The notes beneath the pieces are model-generated. The model did no database searches, was not told where the DNA came from, and saw nothing but the letters and a program-made list of their open reading frames with translations. This document shows, one piece after another, positions 26,331 to 34,517 of a DNA stretch of 34,967 nt; positions within the stretch are counted from its first letter, which is position 1, and every line of letters starts with the position of its first letter. Source of the DNA: a virus; the UHGV virus genome UHGV-0384159, one strand, 5' to 3'. The position numbers and the translations under genes are program-made.

Positions 26331-27518
26331 ATGGCAGGAATTATCAAAAGAAGCAATAAATGGGTGGCCGTCTTCAAGACGCTGGACGGCAAAGAGGTCA
26401 GGAAAACCACTCGTATCGACGTGGTTCCAAAGGTTATTCCTCCCGGGGCAAACAAAAGAGCGGTCATAGCGCAAAACGAGGCCAGGGCTCGCCTTATTGC
26501 CGAAGAGCTTGAGCATGGACACAAGACCGGCTTTGTTGACTCGCAGCGGCTCAAAGCTATCGCTGGCGGAGATGTTCAGGCGGCCAGCCTTGGCAGAAAG
26601 GCCGTGAGCGTTGGAGCGTATCTCCATGAATGGCTGCAATCACGATCCGGCAAGATTCAGGCACACGAAAGAGACGGGAAGGCCATCAAGCAGTTTATTT
26701 TGTTCCTGGGGAATGATGGAGGGCAAGCCATAGCCTCCATCAACAAAGACACCGTGAGACGGTTTGCGGAGACAGAAATGGAGCGCGTGTCATCCGGTAC
26801 AGTATCAAGGTATCTCGAATCTCTTTCCTGCGCGTTCAATCAGGCTGTCGAAAAAGAATTGATCATCTCCAATCCTTTCAGGGGAGCCAGGCTGGACAAG
26901 AAAAAAAAGCAGGACGACAAACAGGAGCGCAACGCGTTCACCGTGGAAGAAGTCAAGAGGCTGGTAGAAATTTTACCGGGTGAATGGCCGGACATGATAC
27001 GGGTATGCCTTTATACGGGCGGCCAGCGTTTGGGCGATATTGCCACCCTCAGATGGGAGCAGGTCAACCTTGACGGTGGACTGATTGCCATGACCTCACA
27101 AAAAACCAAGCGGCGCATGAACAAGCCCATCATCCGACCGCTGAAAGAGATTTTGGAAGAGAGGGAGAGATATTCCATCAATGAATTTGTGTTCCCTTTG
27201 GCCGCCATGAAACACGCACAAGGCGGCGGGAAGTCCAGCAAGCTCTCTCTTGAGTTTACCGGACTTCTGAAAAAACACGGCATCATTTCTGCCGGGGAAA
27301 GGAAAGGGAAGGGAGACAAGCGCGTGCTGTCTGAAAAAAGCTTTCACAGCCTGAGGGCGACCGCGGTGACGATTTTGCGGTTGGCAGGGGTGCCGGCGGA
27401 CTTGTGCCGTTTTATTGTAGGGCATGACTCTGAAGAGATTGAACGGGTATATTTCCGGCCCGACTCGCAGGATGTCGTGCATGCAATAGAGGAAATATCC
27501 AGCAAGATTGTTTTGTAA
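26331..27518 (+). CDS. int: tyrosine site-specific integrase
   Basis: C-terminal catalytic motifs HSLRATAVT … VGHDSEEIERVYF (R…HxxR…Y). Confidence 0.7.
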   Translation: MAGIIKRSNKWVAVFKTLDGKEVRKTTRIDVVPKVIPPGANKRAVIAQNEARARLIAEELEHGHKTGFVDSQRLKAIAGGDVQAASLGRKAVSVGAYLHEWLQSRSGKIQAHERDGKAIKQFILFLGNDGGQAIASINKDTVRRFAETEMERVSSGTVSRYLESLSCAFNQAVEKELIISNPFRGARLDKKKKQDDKQERNAFTVEEVKRLVEILPGEWPDMIRVCLYTGGQRLGDIATLRWEQVNLDGGLIAMTSQKTKRRMNKPIIRPLKEILEERERYSINEFVFPLAAMKHAQGGGKSSKLSLEFTGLLKKHGIISAGERKGKGDKRVLSEKSFHSLRATAVTILRLAGVPADLCRFIVGHDSEEIERVYFRPDSQDVVHAIEEISSKIVL

Positions 27519-27615
27519 TCCTCTCGGGAGGAATTTGTCATCACGTGAACGGATAATCGATGACACAACGTCTTACCGGAGTCACAAGACATCAAATCTC
27601 ATGAAAAAACAGGAG

Positions 27616-27644
27616 TTTCTACCCCCCCCCCCCCGCATTATAAC
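27616..27644 (+). promoter_or_regulatory. candidate promoter whose spacer is a C13 homopolymer (TTTCTA - C13 GCAT - TATAAC)
   Basis: 13 consecutive C at 27622-27634, between a weak -35-like hexamer and a good -10-like TATAAC (27639-27644); 17-bp spacing; upstream of the 27700 small ORF. Confidence 0.35.
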
Positions 27645-27699
27645 GCTTTAAATGCTAGCGTGTTAGGAGAAAAAATATCAGCAAGAAAGGGTTACGTCC

Positions 27700-27846
27700 A
27701 TGTCAGGTAACGTGATGCTTGTGTTTTTCTTGCTGGCCGTCCTATTCGGGTTCACTTGTTTCCGACTCGGCATTATTGAAGGTTGCCGGAGAACCACGAA
27801 AAGGATCTTGGAGAATATCGCAAAAGGAATGAAGAAGGGGGAATAA
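27700..27846 (+). CDS. 48-aa small hydrophobic peptide (single TM, basic C-terminus)
   Basis: SD AAGAAAGGG 8 nt upstream of the ATG. MSGNVMLVFFLLAVLFGFTCFRLGIIEGCRRTTKRILENIAKGMKKGE. Its stop lies inside the terminator hairpin. Confidence 0.4.
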   Translation: MSGNVMLVFFLLAVLFGFTCFRLGIIEGCRRTTKRILENIAKGMKKGE

Positions 27847-27872
27847 GCTATTCCCCCTTTTTCTTCTCTTCC
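27837..27872. terminator. bidirectional intrinsic terminator GGGGGAATA-AGC-TATTCCCCC + T-rich tail
   Basis: Perfect 9-bp stem with 3-nt loop. Both convergent genes' stop codons (27844-27846 plus strand, 27848-27850 minus strand) fall within it. Confidence 0.55.
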
Positions 27873-28225
27873 TGTAAACGTTTTAAAAGGAGTTCTTTAT
27901 TGTCTCCTGCGTATTCCAGAACGTAAATAATCCAGTCCACGATATTCATTCCACAAGCTTTCGCGTAATTGTTGAATTCAAGGAATTTATCATGCGAAAC
28001 CTTGAGGTTGATGTCAAGATCAGCAATAGAGATTTGGTTATCATCAGCAGGTTTGGGTTGACTCATTAGCTTGTCAATAATGATCAGAGCCTTTTTAGGA
28101 ATCTCTCTGTTCTTGGACATCCAGTTATTGACCTGACCGTAAGACACTCCGCACTGCTCGGCTAACCATTTTCTATCCTTTTTGAGCGTTTTTAGCCACT
28201 GATCTATTTCTTGCTTCGTGTACAT
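27848..28225 (-). CDS. XRE-family HTH repressor (CI-like)
   Basis: HTH LAEQCGVSYGQVNNWMS. ATG at 28225 (the track's TTG 28261 is an alternative). Divergent from the antirepressor operon. Confidence 0.6.
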   Translation of the reverse strand: MYTKQEIDQWLKTLKKDRKWLAEQCGVSYGQVNNWMSKNREIPKKALIIIDKLMSQPKPADDNQISIADLDINLKVSHDKFLEFNNYAKACGMNIVDWIIYVLEYAGDNKELLLKRLQEEKKKGE

Positions 28226-28235
28226 GGACAAATAG

Positions 28236-28255
28236 TTATCAGCCGATGCTGATAA
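28236..28255. promoter_or_regulatory. operator O1: TTATCAGC-CGAT-GCTGATAA (8-bp inverted repeats)
   Basis: Perfect inverted repeat 11-30 bp upstream of the repressor ATG. Confidence 0.5.
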
Positions 28256-28294
28256 TTGCAAGGCGAAAATAATAACAGTATGCTGAAATATGTG

Positions 28295-28323
28295 TTGACG
28301 TATTCAGCGATTGCTGATAATTT
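28295..28323 (+). promoter_or_regulatory. rightward promoter (TTGACG…) overlapped by operator O2 TATTCAGC-GATT-GCTGATAA (28301-28320)
   Basis: Near-identical second copy of the inverted repeat. TTGACG at 28295-28300 with a TAATTT / GATAAT -10 candidate. Confidence 0.45.
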
Positions 28324-28355
28324 GAGCGCATCAACTGACAAAACATCACACACCC

Positions 28356-28547
28356 ATGATAGACAACATCCAAGTACCAATCAAAAAACTCGCTGGGTCT
28401 CCTAAGGCCAGCGCATCAGTAATGACCATCTCAGTCAGGGATAACTTGCCACTAAGCGAGGCCATTATTCAGACCCTCCGTATTTTGGCTCATGATGCTA
28501 CCGATAGCAAAACGCAGCCGAATAAAACCGAAACCGCCAACCGATAA
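28356..28547 (+). CDS. small hypothetical protein (first gene of the rightward operon)
   Basis: 63-aa ORF; no clear SD. Confidence 0.3.
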   Translation: MIDNIQVPIKKLAGSPKASASVMTISVRDNLPLSEAIIQTLRILAHDATDSKTQPNKTETANR

Positions 28548-28552
28548 ACAAC

Positions 28553-29344
28553 ATGAACAACAACATAGTACCATTCAACAACGCCGCTCTGGGCTGTTCT
28601 GTCAGGACAGTTATCATCAATGAAGAACCCTGGTTTGTTGCCAAGGATGTTTGTGATGCACTTGAAATTGGAAACTCCCGTCAAGCCGTCAGCTATCTAG
28701 ACGATGACGAAAAGGGTGTCACTACTAATGACACCCTTGGCGGAACTCAGCAAGTATCCATCATCAATGAATCCGGTCTCTACTCCCTGATTTTGCGTTC
28801 CCGAAAACCCGAAGCGAAGAAGTTCAAAAAATGGGTGACTGAAGAAGTATTACCAACGATACGCAAGCACGGCATCTATGCGACGGGCGAAAAACTTCTT
28901 GAGTTAATTTCCAAGCCGGAGAACGCCATCAAGGTATTTCAGACGCTCAAAGATGAGCAGGACAAAAGAAAAGCTCTTGAAGCCAAGATAGAAGAGGACG
29001 CTCCCTACACAGAATTTGGAAAGAGCGTGGAAGTCTCCGCCGGCTGCATGCTGATTGGAGAATTCGCCAAGGTGCTGGCACAGAACGGACGGGAAATCGG
29101 ACAGAACCGGCTTTTTGAGCTGCTGCGCAATGAAGGCATCCTTGGGAAGACAGGAAACCGCCGCAACGTGCCGTCCCAGGAACATGTGGAAGCCGGTCGT
29201 TTTCGGGTCAGTTACCGGATTATCCAGCACGCGAGCGGAAGAGCGGAAAGCAAAGCAACCCCGTATCTGACGCCTAAAGGTCAAGTATGGCTGTTGAAGC
29301 GGATGACGGGGAATAAAACCGAGCAGAAGGAGGTGAAGAAGTGA
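28553..29344 (+). CDS. BRO-N / KilA-C domain antirepressor
   Basis: FVAKDVCDALEIGNSRQAVSYLDDDEKG…NESGLYSLILRSRKPEAKKFKKWVTEEVLPTIRKHGIY is a classic Bro-N domain. Confidence 0.7.
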   Translation: MNNNIVPFNNAALGCSVRTVIINEEPWFVAKDVCDALEIGNSRQAVSYLDDDEKGVTTNDTLGGTQQVSIINESGLYSLILRSRKPEAKKFKKWVTEEVLPTIRKHGIYATGEKLLELISKPENAIKVFQTLKDEQDKRKALEAKIEEDAPYTEFGKSVEVSAGCMLIGEFAKVLAQNGREIGQNRLFELLRNEGILGKTGNRRNVPSQEHVEAGRFRVSYRIIQHASGRAESKATPYLTPKGQVWLLKRMTGNKTEQKEVKK

Positions 29345-29616
29345 AAGCGCTGGCTGCCCTCGTTTTGTCCGGGCTTGTTCTGTGCGCCTGTAACCCACGC
29401 CCTTATGACTGGATTTGGAAAGGGGAACGGGAATGGATTATTAAGATCGAACAGCCAGGTCTTCTCGATATTTCTTTTTCCACTAGTGACCCTGAGTGCG
29501 TGAAGGCAATAAGTGATTATAAAAAGGATATTTATGGCTATCTGGTCACTAAACCGGACGGTGAGGAACTCTTTATATCCGGCACCGCGAGAATAACACG
29601 AAAGGAGGCTAAATGA
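29341..29616 (+). CDS. small secreted/lipoprotein-like protein
   Basis: Signal-peptide-like MKALAALVLSGLVLCAC. SD AGAAGGAGG; GTGA overlap with the upstream gene. Confidence 0.4.
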   Translation: MKALAALVLSGLVLCACNPRPYDWIWKGEREWIIKIEQPGLLDISFSTSDPECVKAISDYKKDIYGYLVTKPDGEELFISGTARITRKEAK

Positions 29617-29717
29617 TGACTGACTGGCAATGCTTGGTAGCTTGGACGTTCATAACGACCTCTCTATCATTCGTTATGAACCTTATCATGGTTTTTACAA
29701 GGATAACAAAAGATTAA
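29613..29717 (+). CDS. 34-aa hydrophobic peptide (alternative to the 29630..29836 track ORF)
   Basis: SD AAAGGAGG 5 nt upstream of ATG 29613. ATGA overlap with the upstream stop. MMTDWQCLVAWTFITTSLSFVMNLIMVFTRITKD. Confidence 0.3.
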   Translation: MMTDWQCLVAWTFITTSLSFVMNLIMVFTRITKD

Positions 29718-29877
29718 CCGTGAAGAAGAAATACCCGAAAGTAATAATTAAAAACGGTCTATTGGCTATCGAAGAAGAACAATCAACAGAAATTAAAGTA
29801 ATCATGGATACAGAGAATAGGCTTAAACGGAAGTAGAGGCAATAGCGTTTACATCAAAGACAAACAAGAAAAAACAT

Positions 29878-30093
29878 ATGAATACACCATACATCACCAG
29901 CGAGGAACTACGCAAGACCCTGAACATTAGCAAGGGTTCTCTAGTTCGACTTAATAAGGAAGGTTGTCCCCGTGTTTATTTTTCCGGCGGGCTGGGAGGA
30001 AAAGGAACACACCCGCGTTACAAACTTGACGAAGTAACGGCGTGGCTTGAGAAAAGATCTCAAGAATTTTTGAAGAAAGGAGGGCGAAAATGA
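29878..30093 (+). CDS. AlpA/Xis-like HTH DNA-binding protein (excisionase candidate)
   Basis: LRKTLNISKGSLVRLNKEGCPRVYFSGG…YKLDEVTAWL. Confidence 0.5.
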   Translation: MNTPYITSEELRKTLNISKGSLVRLNKEGCPRVYFSGGLGGKGTHPRYKLDEVTAWLEKRSQEFLKKGGRK

Positions 30094-30278
30094 GCATCGA
30101 ATACGACGAAGAAGACCGCTGCATCCGTGTGGATGATGTAGCTGTGAGTCACGCAGATGCCGAACGGCTGATGAACGAACACGAAACCGCAGCCGCGGCC
30201 CTCGAAAACGCCCTGGTGCGGTACGAACGGGACCATGCCACGACGGACAACCCTGACGGACACAACGACGACTTTTGA
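30090..30278 (+). CDS. small hypothetical protein
   Basis: SD AAAGGAGGG upstream of the ATG. Confidence 0.35.
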   Translation: MSIEYDEEDRCIRVDDVAVSHADAERLMNEHETAAAALENALVRYERDHATTDNPDGHNDDF

Positions 30279-30286
30279 CCAAAGCC

Positions 30287-30628
30287 ATGAACGGGAACGA
30301 AAAAACGATAGCCAGCCTTGCGGATGCCTTGGAAGTGCTGTCCGGAGTGCTGAGGGAATTGGCGGACACTCCGGTTCCTTCCTCGGCTGAAGCGTCAAGC
30401 GTCGGAATGAATAATTTTGTTCCGGTAGATGAATTCGGAAGCGCAAAAGACTGCGCCGAACGGTTCCACTACTCCGTCAGTGGTATTACTCCTTATTTGT
30501 CGGAAGGGGTGAGGCTTGGGAAAATTACCAAGATGACGCCTATGAACAATCAACGGGGCAGGAAGGGCGAAGCACGCTTCAACATGCGCGAAGTCAGAGA
30601 TTTTCTCTCCAACCAATCAAAACAATGA
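30287..30628 (+). CDS. hypothetical protein with C-terminal Xis/MerR-like HTH
   Basis: …CAERFHYSVSGITPYLSEGVRLGKI…. Confidence 0.35.
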   Translation: MNGNEKTIASLADALEVLSGVLRELADTPVPSSAEASSVGMNNFVPVDEFGSAKDCAERFHYSVSGITPYLSEGVRLGKITKMTPMNNQRGRKGEARFNMREVRDFLSNQSKQ

Positions 30629-31008
30629 CCACACATCAACACATCATCGACCGGGGGCCCTACAAGGGCATGGTGGAAACACTCACCAACAACCCGCACC
30701 CCGCCAAAACGGCGCGCTGCTACATGTGCGCCGAACCGCTGAACGCCTCGTCTTCGTGGGTGTCCCTGGTAGGGGACCATCAGGACGGAGTCTTCTGCGC
30801 CCGCTATCTGTGTCGCCTGTGCGCCCGGGAGCGTCTCAACGGCATCCCTGACGAAGCGGAGCGCTGTTGGAACTACACCCAGGCCGCACAATCAAAAGAC
30901 CTCCTCTCCAAAATCCTCGCTTACCTGATTTTGTGGTGTGGAGTAATTGCCGCTGGAGGAGGATTTTTATTCTTAATTTTCCTCCTGCTCAAAACACTTT
31001 TTAACTGA
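30625..31008 (+). CDS. Cys-rich protein with C-terminal TM anchor
   Basis: CYMCAEP…CARYLCRLCARE and a C-terminal hydrophobic segment ILAYLILWCGVIAAGGGFLFLIFLLL. Confidence 0.35.
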   Translation: MTTHQHIIDRGPYKGMVETLTNNPHPAKTARCYMCAEPLNASSSWVSLVGDHQDGVFCARYLCRLCARERLNGIPDEAERCWNYTQAAQSKDLLSKILAYLILWCGVIAAGGGFLFLIFLLLKTLFN

Positions 31009-31040
31009 ACCCAATAGAACAAAAACACCATGCAAAGATT

Positions 31041-31988
31041 ATGAGTAACGCACCTACACATAAACTAGATTTGCCCCAGGCGCCAGTCCCGAAAAAGACA
31101 CTCCATGAAATTGTGATGTCGGAGGACATGAAGAGACACATTGCCCAGCTTGTAGAGGGCATGATGACGCCGGAACGCTGTATCAGTATCTTCTGGCACT
31201 GCTGCCAGAAAACCCCACTCCTTCAGCAATGCGCCCCTGTAACGCTGATTGCATCCCTGAAAAACCTGCTGATGATGCGTTGTGAGCCTGACGGCATCCA
31301 CGGCTATCTTGTTCCATTTTGGGCTAAAGACAAGGCAACCGGAAAGCCCGTGCTAACCTGCGTGCCGGTGCCCTCCGCCCGCGGCCTGATGCGTATGGCC
31401 CGCTCCAATGGCGTCACCAACCTCAACATTGGCATTGCACGTGAGGGAGAGCCGTTTTACTGGAATATCGAGGACGGGAAATTTGTCATGGGTCACACCC
31501 CCGGATGGGATGACGACAAGAAACCCATCAGGGGTTTTTACTGTATCTGGACAGACAAGGATAGCTACTTGCACGGGGAGCGGATGAGTCTGAAAGCCGT
31601 CAATGATATCATGGCCCGCTCCAACTCCCGTAACAAGAAGGGGGAAATCGTAGGACCCTGGAAAACCGATTTTGAACAAATGGGCTTGAAAACAGTGATC
31701 AAGCGCGCCTCCAAGCAATGGGATTTGCCCTTGTATATCCAGCAAGCCATGAGCGTCTCCGACGAACAGGAATTTGGAAGCGAAATGCGGAATGTAACCC
31801 CGGAAAAAACCGATGGACCCGCCGAAGGGGAAACCCCGTGGAACAACGCGCCAGCACCTGAAAAATTCCAGAACGACCAACCGGAAGCCCTGCCGGAACC
31901 GGAGCCGGAAAGACAGAATGACCTTATTCCCGGACTGAAGATGCCCACGCCGAAAGAACCCGTAACCATCAGCAGGGAGGACTATTGA
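31041..31988 (+). CDS. recT: RecT-family single-strand annealing protein
   Basis: …GEIVGPWKTDFEQMGLKTVIKRASKQWDLP… is characteristic of RecT. Followed by the cognate exonuclease. Confidence 0.6.
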   Translation: MSNAPTHKLDLPQAPVPKKTLHEIVMSEDMKRHIAQLVEGMMTPERCISIFWHCCQKTPLLQQCAPVTLIASLKNLLMMRCEPDGIHGYLVPFWAKDKATGKPVLTCVPVPSARGLMRMARSNGVTNLNIGIAREGEPFYWNIEDGKFVMGHTPGWDDDKKPIRGFYCIWTDKDSYLHGERMSLKAVNDIMARSNSRNKKGEIVGPWKTDFEQMGLKTVIKRASKQWDLPLYIQQAMSVSDEQEFGSEMRNVTPEKTDGPAEGETPWNNAPAPEKFQNDQPEALPEPEPERQNDLIPGLKMPTPKEPVTISREDY

Positions 31989-31989
31989 C

Positions 31990-32679
31990 ATGAGCCTATC
32001 ATCGAATTGTACCGTTTACGAGAACGTGCCGCAACGCTCGGAAGCGTGGTTCAAGCTGCGCTCCGGACGCCTGACAGCCAGCAATTTTGACAGGCTGCTT
32101 ACCCCTACAGGACGCAAACCCCAGCCCAAGAACAACAAAGAAAGGGGCCCGTGGGGCGCCCTGATTATTGAATTGTGCTGCTCTTTCCTCCGTCCTGATG
32201 AAATCCAATGGGAAGGAAACCGCCACACGGACCGGGGAGAAGAACTGGAACCGGAAGCCAGGGACGAATTCAGAAAAATAACCGGACTGACTGTCAAGGA
32301 AGTGGGGTTTGTCCTTTGCAAAGACGGCCCGGTTGGGTGCAGCCCTGACGGACTCATTGTTGATGCGTCTGGCGATTACATTGCCGGACTGGAAATCAAG
32401 TGCCCTCTCTCCAAGACACATGCTCTTTACCTGCTCAACGGCGTGCTGCCAGATGACTACCGGCAGCAAGTTCACGGCTCTATGGCCGTGACGGGGTTGC
32501 GGACATGGTATTTCATTTCCTACTGCCGGGGCCTGCGTCCGTTTGTCATCAAGGTGGAGTGGGATGAATACACGGACAAAATCAAGGAAGCCTTGGATGA
32601 ATTTAAAGCGGAATATCGGGATAAATACGATCTCATTATGCCGCGCATCCGCCCGGCTGCAGAAGGGAGGGCGGCATGA
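31990..32679 (+). CDS. YqaJ-like (lambda-exonuclease-type PD-(D/E)XK) recombination exonuclease
   Basis: GLEIKCP motif; directly downstream of recT. Confidence 0.6.
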   Translation: MSLSSNCTVYENVPQRSEAWFKLRSGRLTASNFDRLLTPTGRKPQPKNNKERGPWGALIIELCCSFLRPDEIQWEGNRHTDRGEELEPEARDEFRKITGLTVKEVGFVLCKDGPVGCSPDGLIVDASGDYIAGLEIKCPLSKTHALYLLNGVLPDDYRQQVHGSMAVTGLRTWYFISYCRGLRPFVIKVEWDEYTDKIKEALDEFKAEYRDKYDLIMPRIRPAAEGRAA

Positions 32680-33188
32680 ACAAGCGCATCTTAGGTCTTG
32701 ATCTGTCCCTTACCGCTACGGGGTGGGCTCTGGTGTGGGATGGTTCCCCGAAATGGGGCGTCATCAAATCCAAGCATAGAAGCGCTAAGCGTCTCTCTGA
32801 AATCCGCAATGAGGTACGAGTCATCATCTACCAAGAGCAGCCGTCACTTGCCGTCATTGAGGGCTATTCCTACGGCTCTCACCAAGGCATGGCCGGGCTG
32901 GCAGAACTGGGGGGCGTTGTTCGTCTCCTGCTGCTTGACATGGGGGTTCCCTTCATCGTCGTTCAGCCAACTACCAACAAGAAATTTGCCACCGGGAAGG
33001 GCAATGCGGAAAAGGATTTGATGCTCAAACGCGTTTTTCAGCATTGGGGCGCGGATATGAACAACAACAACGAGGCGGACGCCTTTGCCTTGGCCCAGTT
33101 TGGCCGCTGCTACCTCAACCCGGAAGGCTTTTGCGATTACCAAGTCGCGAGCGTGGAAACCTACAAAAGAAAGGAACTCGGCAAATGA
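32676..33188 (+). CDS. RuvC-like Holliday junction resolvase
   Basis: N-terminus ILGLDLSLTATGWALV; ATGA overlap with the upstream gene. Confidence 0.55.
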   Translation: MNKRILGLDLSLTATGWALVWDGSPKWGVIKSKHRSAKRLSEIRNEVRVIIYQEQPSLAVIEGYSYGSHQGMAGLAELGGVVRLLLLDMGVPFIVVQPTTNKKFATGKGNAEKDLMLKRVFQHWGADMNNNNEADAFALAQFGRCYLNPEGFCDYQVASVETYKRKELGK

Positions 33189-33520
33189 GCCCCGAAGAAA
33201 GAGAGAAAAAACGGCGCTGGATGATGGAGTACAACCGCAGGCGGAAAGCCTCTGCCGCCAAAGCCACGCAGCTCGATCTGGACGCCCTCAACGCCATCTA
33301 CGGCACCCGCTTCCGGCACGGTCAGCAAGTCATAGTTAGAGGACATAGATATACCGTTATCGGTGCAAAATGGGGCGCATGGCTACGGGTGAAGAACGAT
33401 AAAGGCAAGTTTGGCTGCCGTCCCTATGACGCCTACCCCGTGATCAATCTGTCCGGCACCGTCACTTTTGACGGCTGGACCATGGGGCCGAACGGAAAAC
33501 TTAAAATCAAGAAAGGATAA
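33185..33520 (+). CDS. hypothetical protein
   Basis: ATGA overlap with the RuvC-like stop. Confidence 0.35.
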   Translation: MSPEEREKKRRWMMEYNRRRKASAAKATQLDLDALNAIYGTRFRHGQQVIVRGHRYTVIGAKWGAWLRVKNDKGKFGCRPYDAYPVINLSGTVTFDGWTMGPNGKLKIKKG

Positions 33521-33527
33521 AATTAAA

Positions 33528-33779
33528 ATGAAAGATATTAAATGCCCGCTGTGCGGGAGATCGTTACAATTCTTCCCTGATTTGCATGAGATAGCAATGG
33601 GGCGCATCGGGTGTCCAAATTGCGATTGGACTACTCTTTTAGGATTCGAGGAAACCGTTTGGGAGGAAGCAGAAAAAATCGTCTCCAAGACGTGTATGGT
33701 GATGCAGATAGCTACTATCCTACCGGAATCAAGAAATGGCCCTGGGAACTTGAACAGAAAGGAGGCCAGCAATGATTAA
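33528..33779 (+). CDS. zinc-ribbon protein
   Basis: CPLCGR … CPNCDW. Confidence 0.35.
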   Translation: MKDIKCPLCGRSLQFFPDLHEIAMGRIGCPNCDWTTLLGFEETVWEEAEKIVSKTCMVMQIATILPESRNGPGNLNRKEASND

Positions 33780-34185
33780 CATCCTCTTATCCGTCAGGCG
33801 GCCTTTCTCCGGTAAAATTCTGTCCGGAGAAAAAACGTGGGAACTACGCAAGAACGCGCTGTGCATCCCACCGGAAAATCACGACGGCGTAACGCTCTGG
33901 CTCTACGAATCCGGCAAGGACGGGGAGCGGGCCATCATCGGCAAATGCCAGTTGTGGTGTTTTATTCCGTTGAGGCACATGCCAAATGAGTTGATGATCA
34001 AGGAAGCTTGCGTCTCGGTAGCTCATTTGCAGTCATATCTCCCCTGCCACGCCTGGGGAGTCATGGACCCCGTGAGGCTCCCCGCCGCCGTGCCGCTCTC
34101 TGCCATCGACATGACCCGTCCGCCGCAGTCCTGGCAGTACATCAGCCCGGAGCAGGCGGGCATTTTGGAAAGGAGGCTCGCATGA
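33772..34185 (+). CDS. ASCH-domain-like protein
   Basis: …LLSVRRPFSGKILSGEKTWELRKN… resembles the ASCH domain. Confidence 0.35.
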   Translation: MINILLSVRRPFSGKILSGEKTWELRKNALCIPPENHDGVTLWLYESGKDGERAIIGKCQLWCFIPLRHMPNELMIKEACVSVAHLQSYLPCHAWGVMDPVRLPAAVPLSAIDMTRPPQSWQYISPEQAGILERRLA

Positions 34186-34517
34186 AACTGACGCCTGAGC
34201 AGAAAGCCTGGTTTGAGTATGGGCGCTCCCGCGGCTGGCTTAAAGCCCACAGAAGCAAAAAGTATTTCGCGGATGTGCCCGATATGGGGCTTTATGCCTG
34301 GCATGTGGAGAGAGACATGCACGGACTGGATGCACTTATCCGCGACGCTTGGCAGAAGCGGGCCGCGTGCAGGGCGTGGCTGCCTTTAAAAGAGCGAAAT
34401 TGCAAAAATTGCATGCACCTTCATCGCGACATGAAATCTGGATCCCCTTGTTCTGATTGCCCAGGAATTGATGATGAAATACCTAGTAACTGGGAGCCGA
34501 GAAAGGAGGGAGAGTGA
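34182..34517 (+). CDS. hypothetical Cys-rich protein
   Basis: SD AAAGGAGG upstream of ATG 34182. Confidence 0.4.
   Translation: MKLTPEQKAWFEYGRSRGWLKAHRSKKYFADVPDMGLYAWHVERDMHGLDALIRDAWQKRAACRAWLPLKERNCKNCMHLHRDMKSGSPCSDCPGIDDEIPSNWEPRKEGE

Noticed and set aside
29630-29836. 68-aa track ORF 29630..29836
   Set aside because: No SD. The overlapping 29613 ORF has a perfect SD and ATGA coupling, so it is kept only as a low-confidence alternative.
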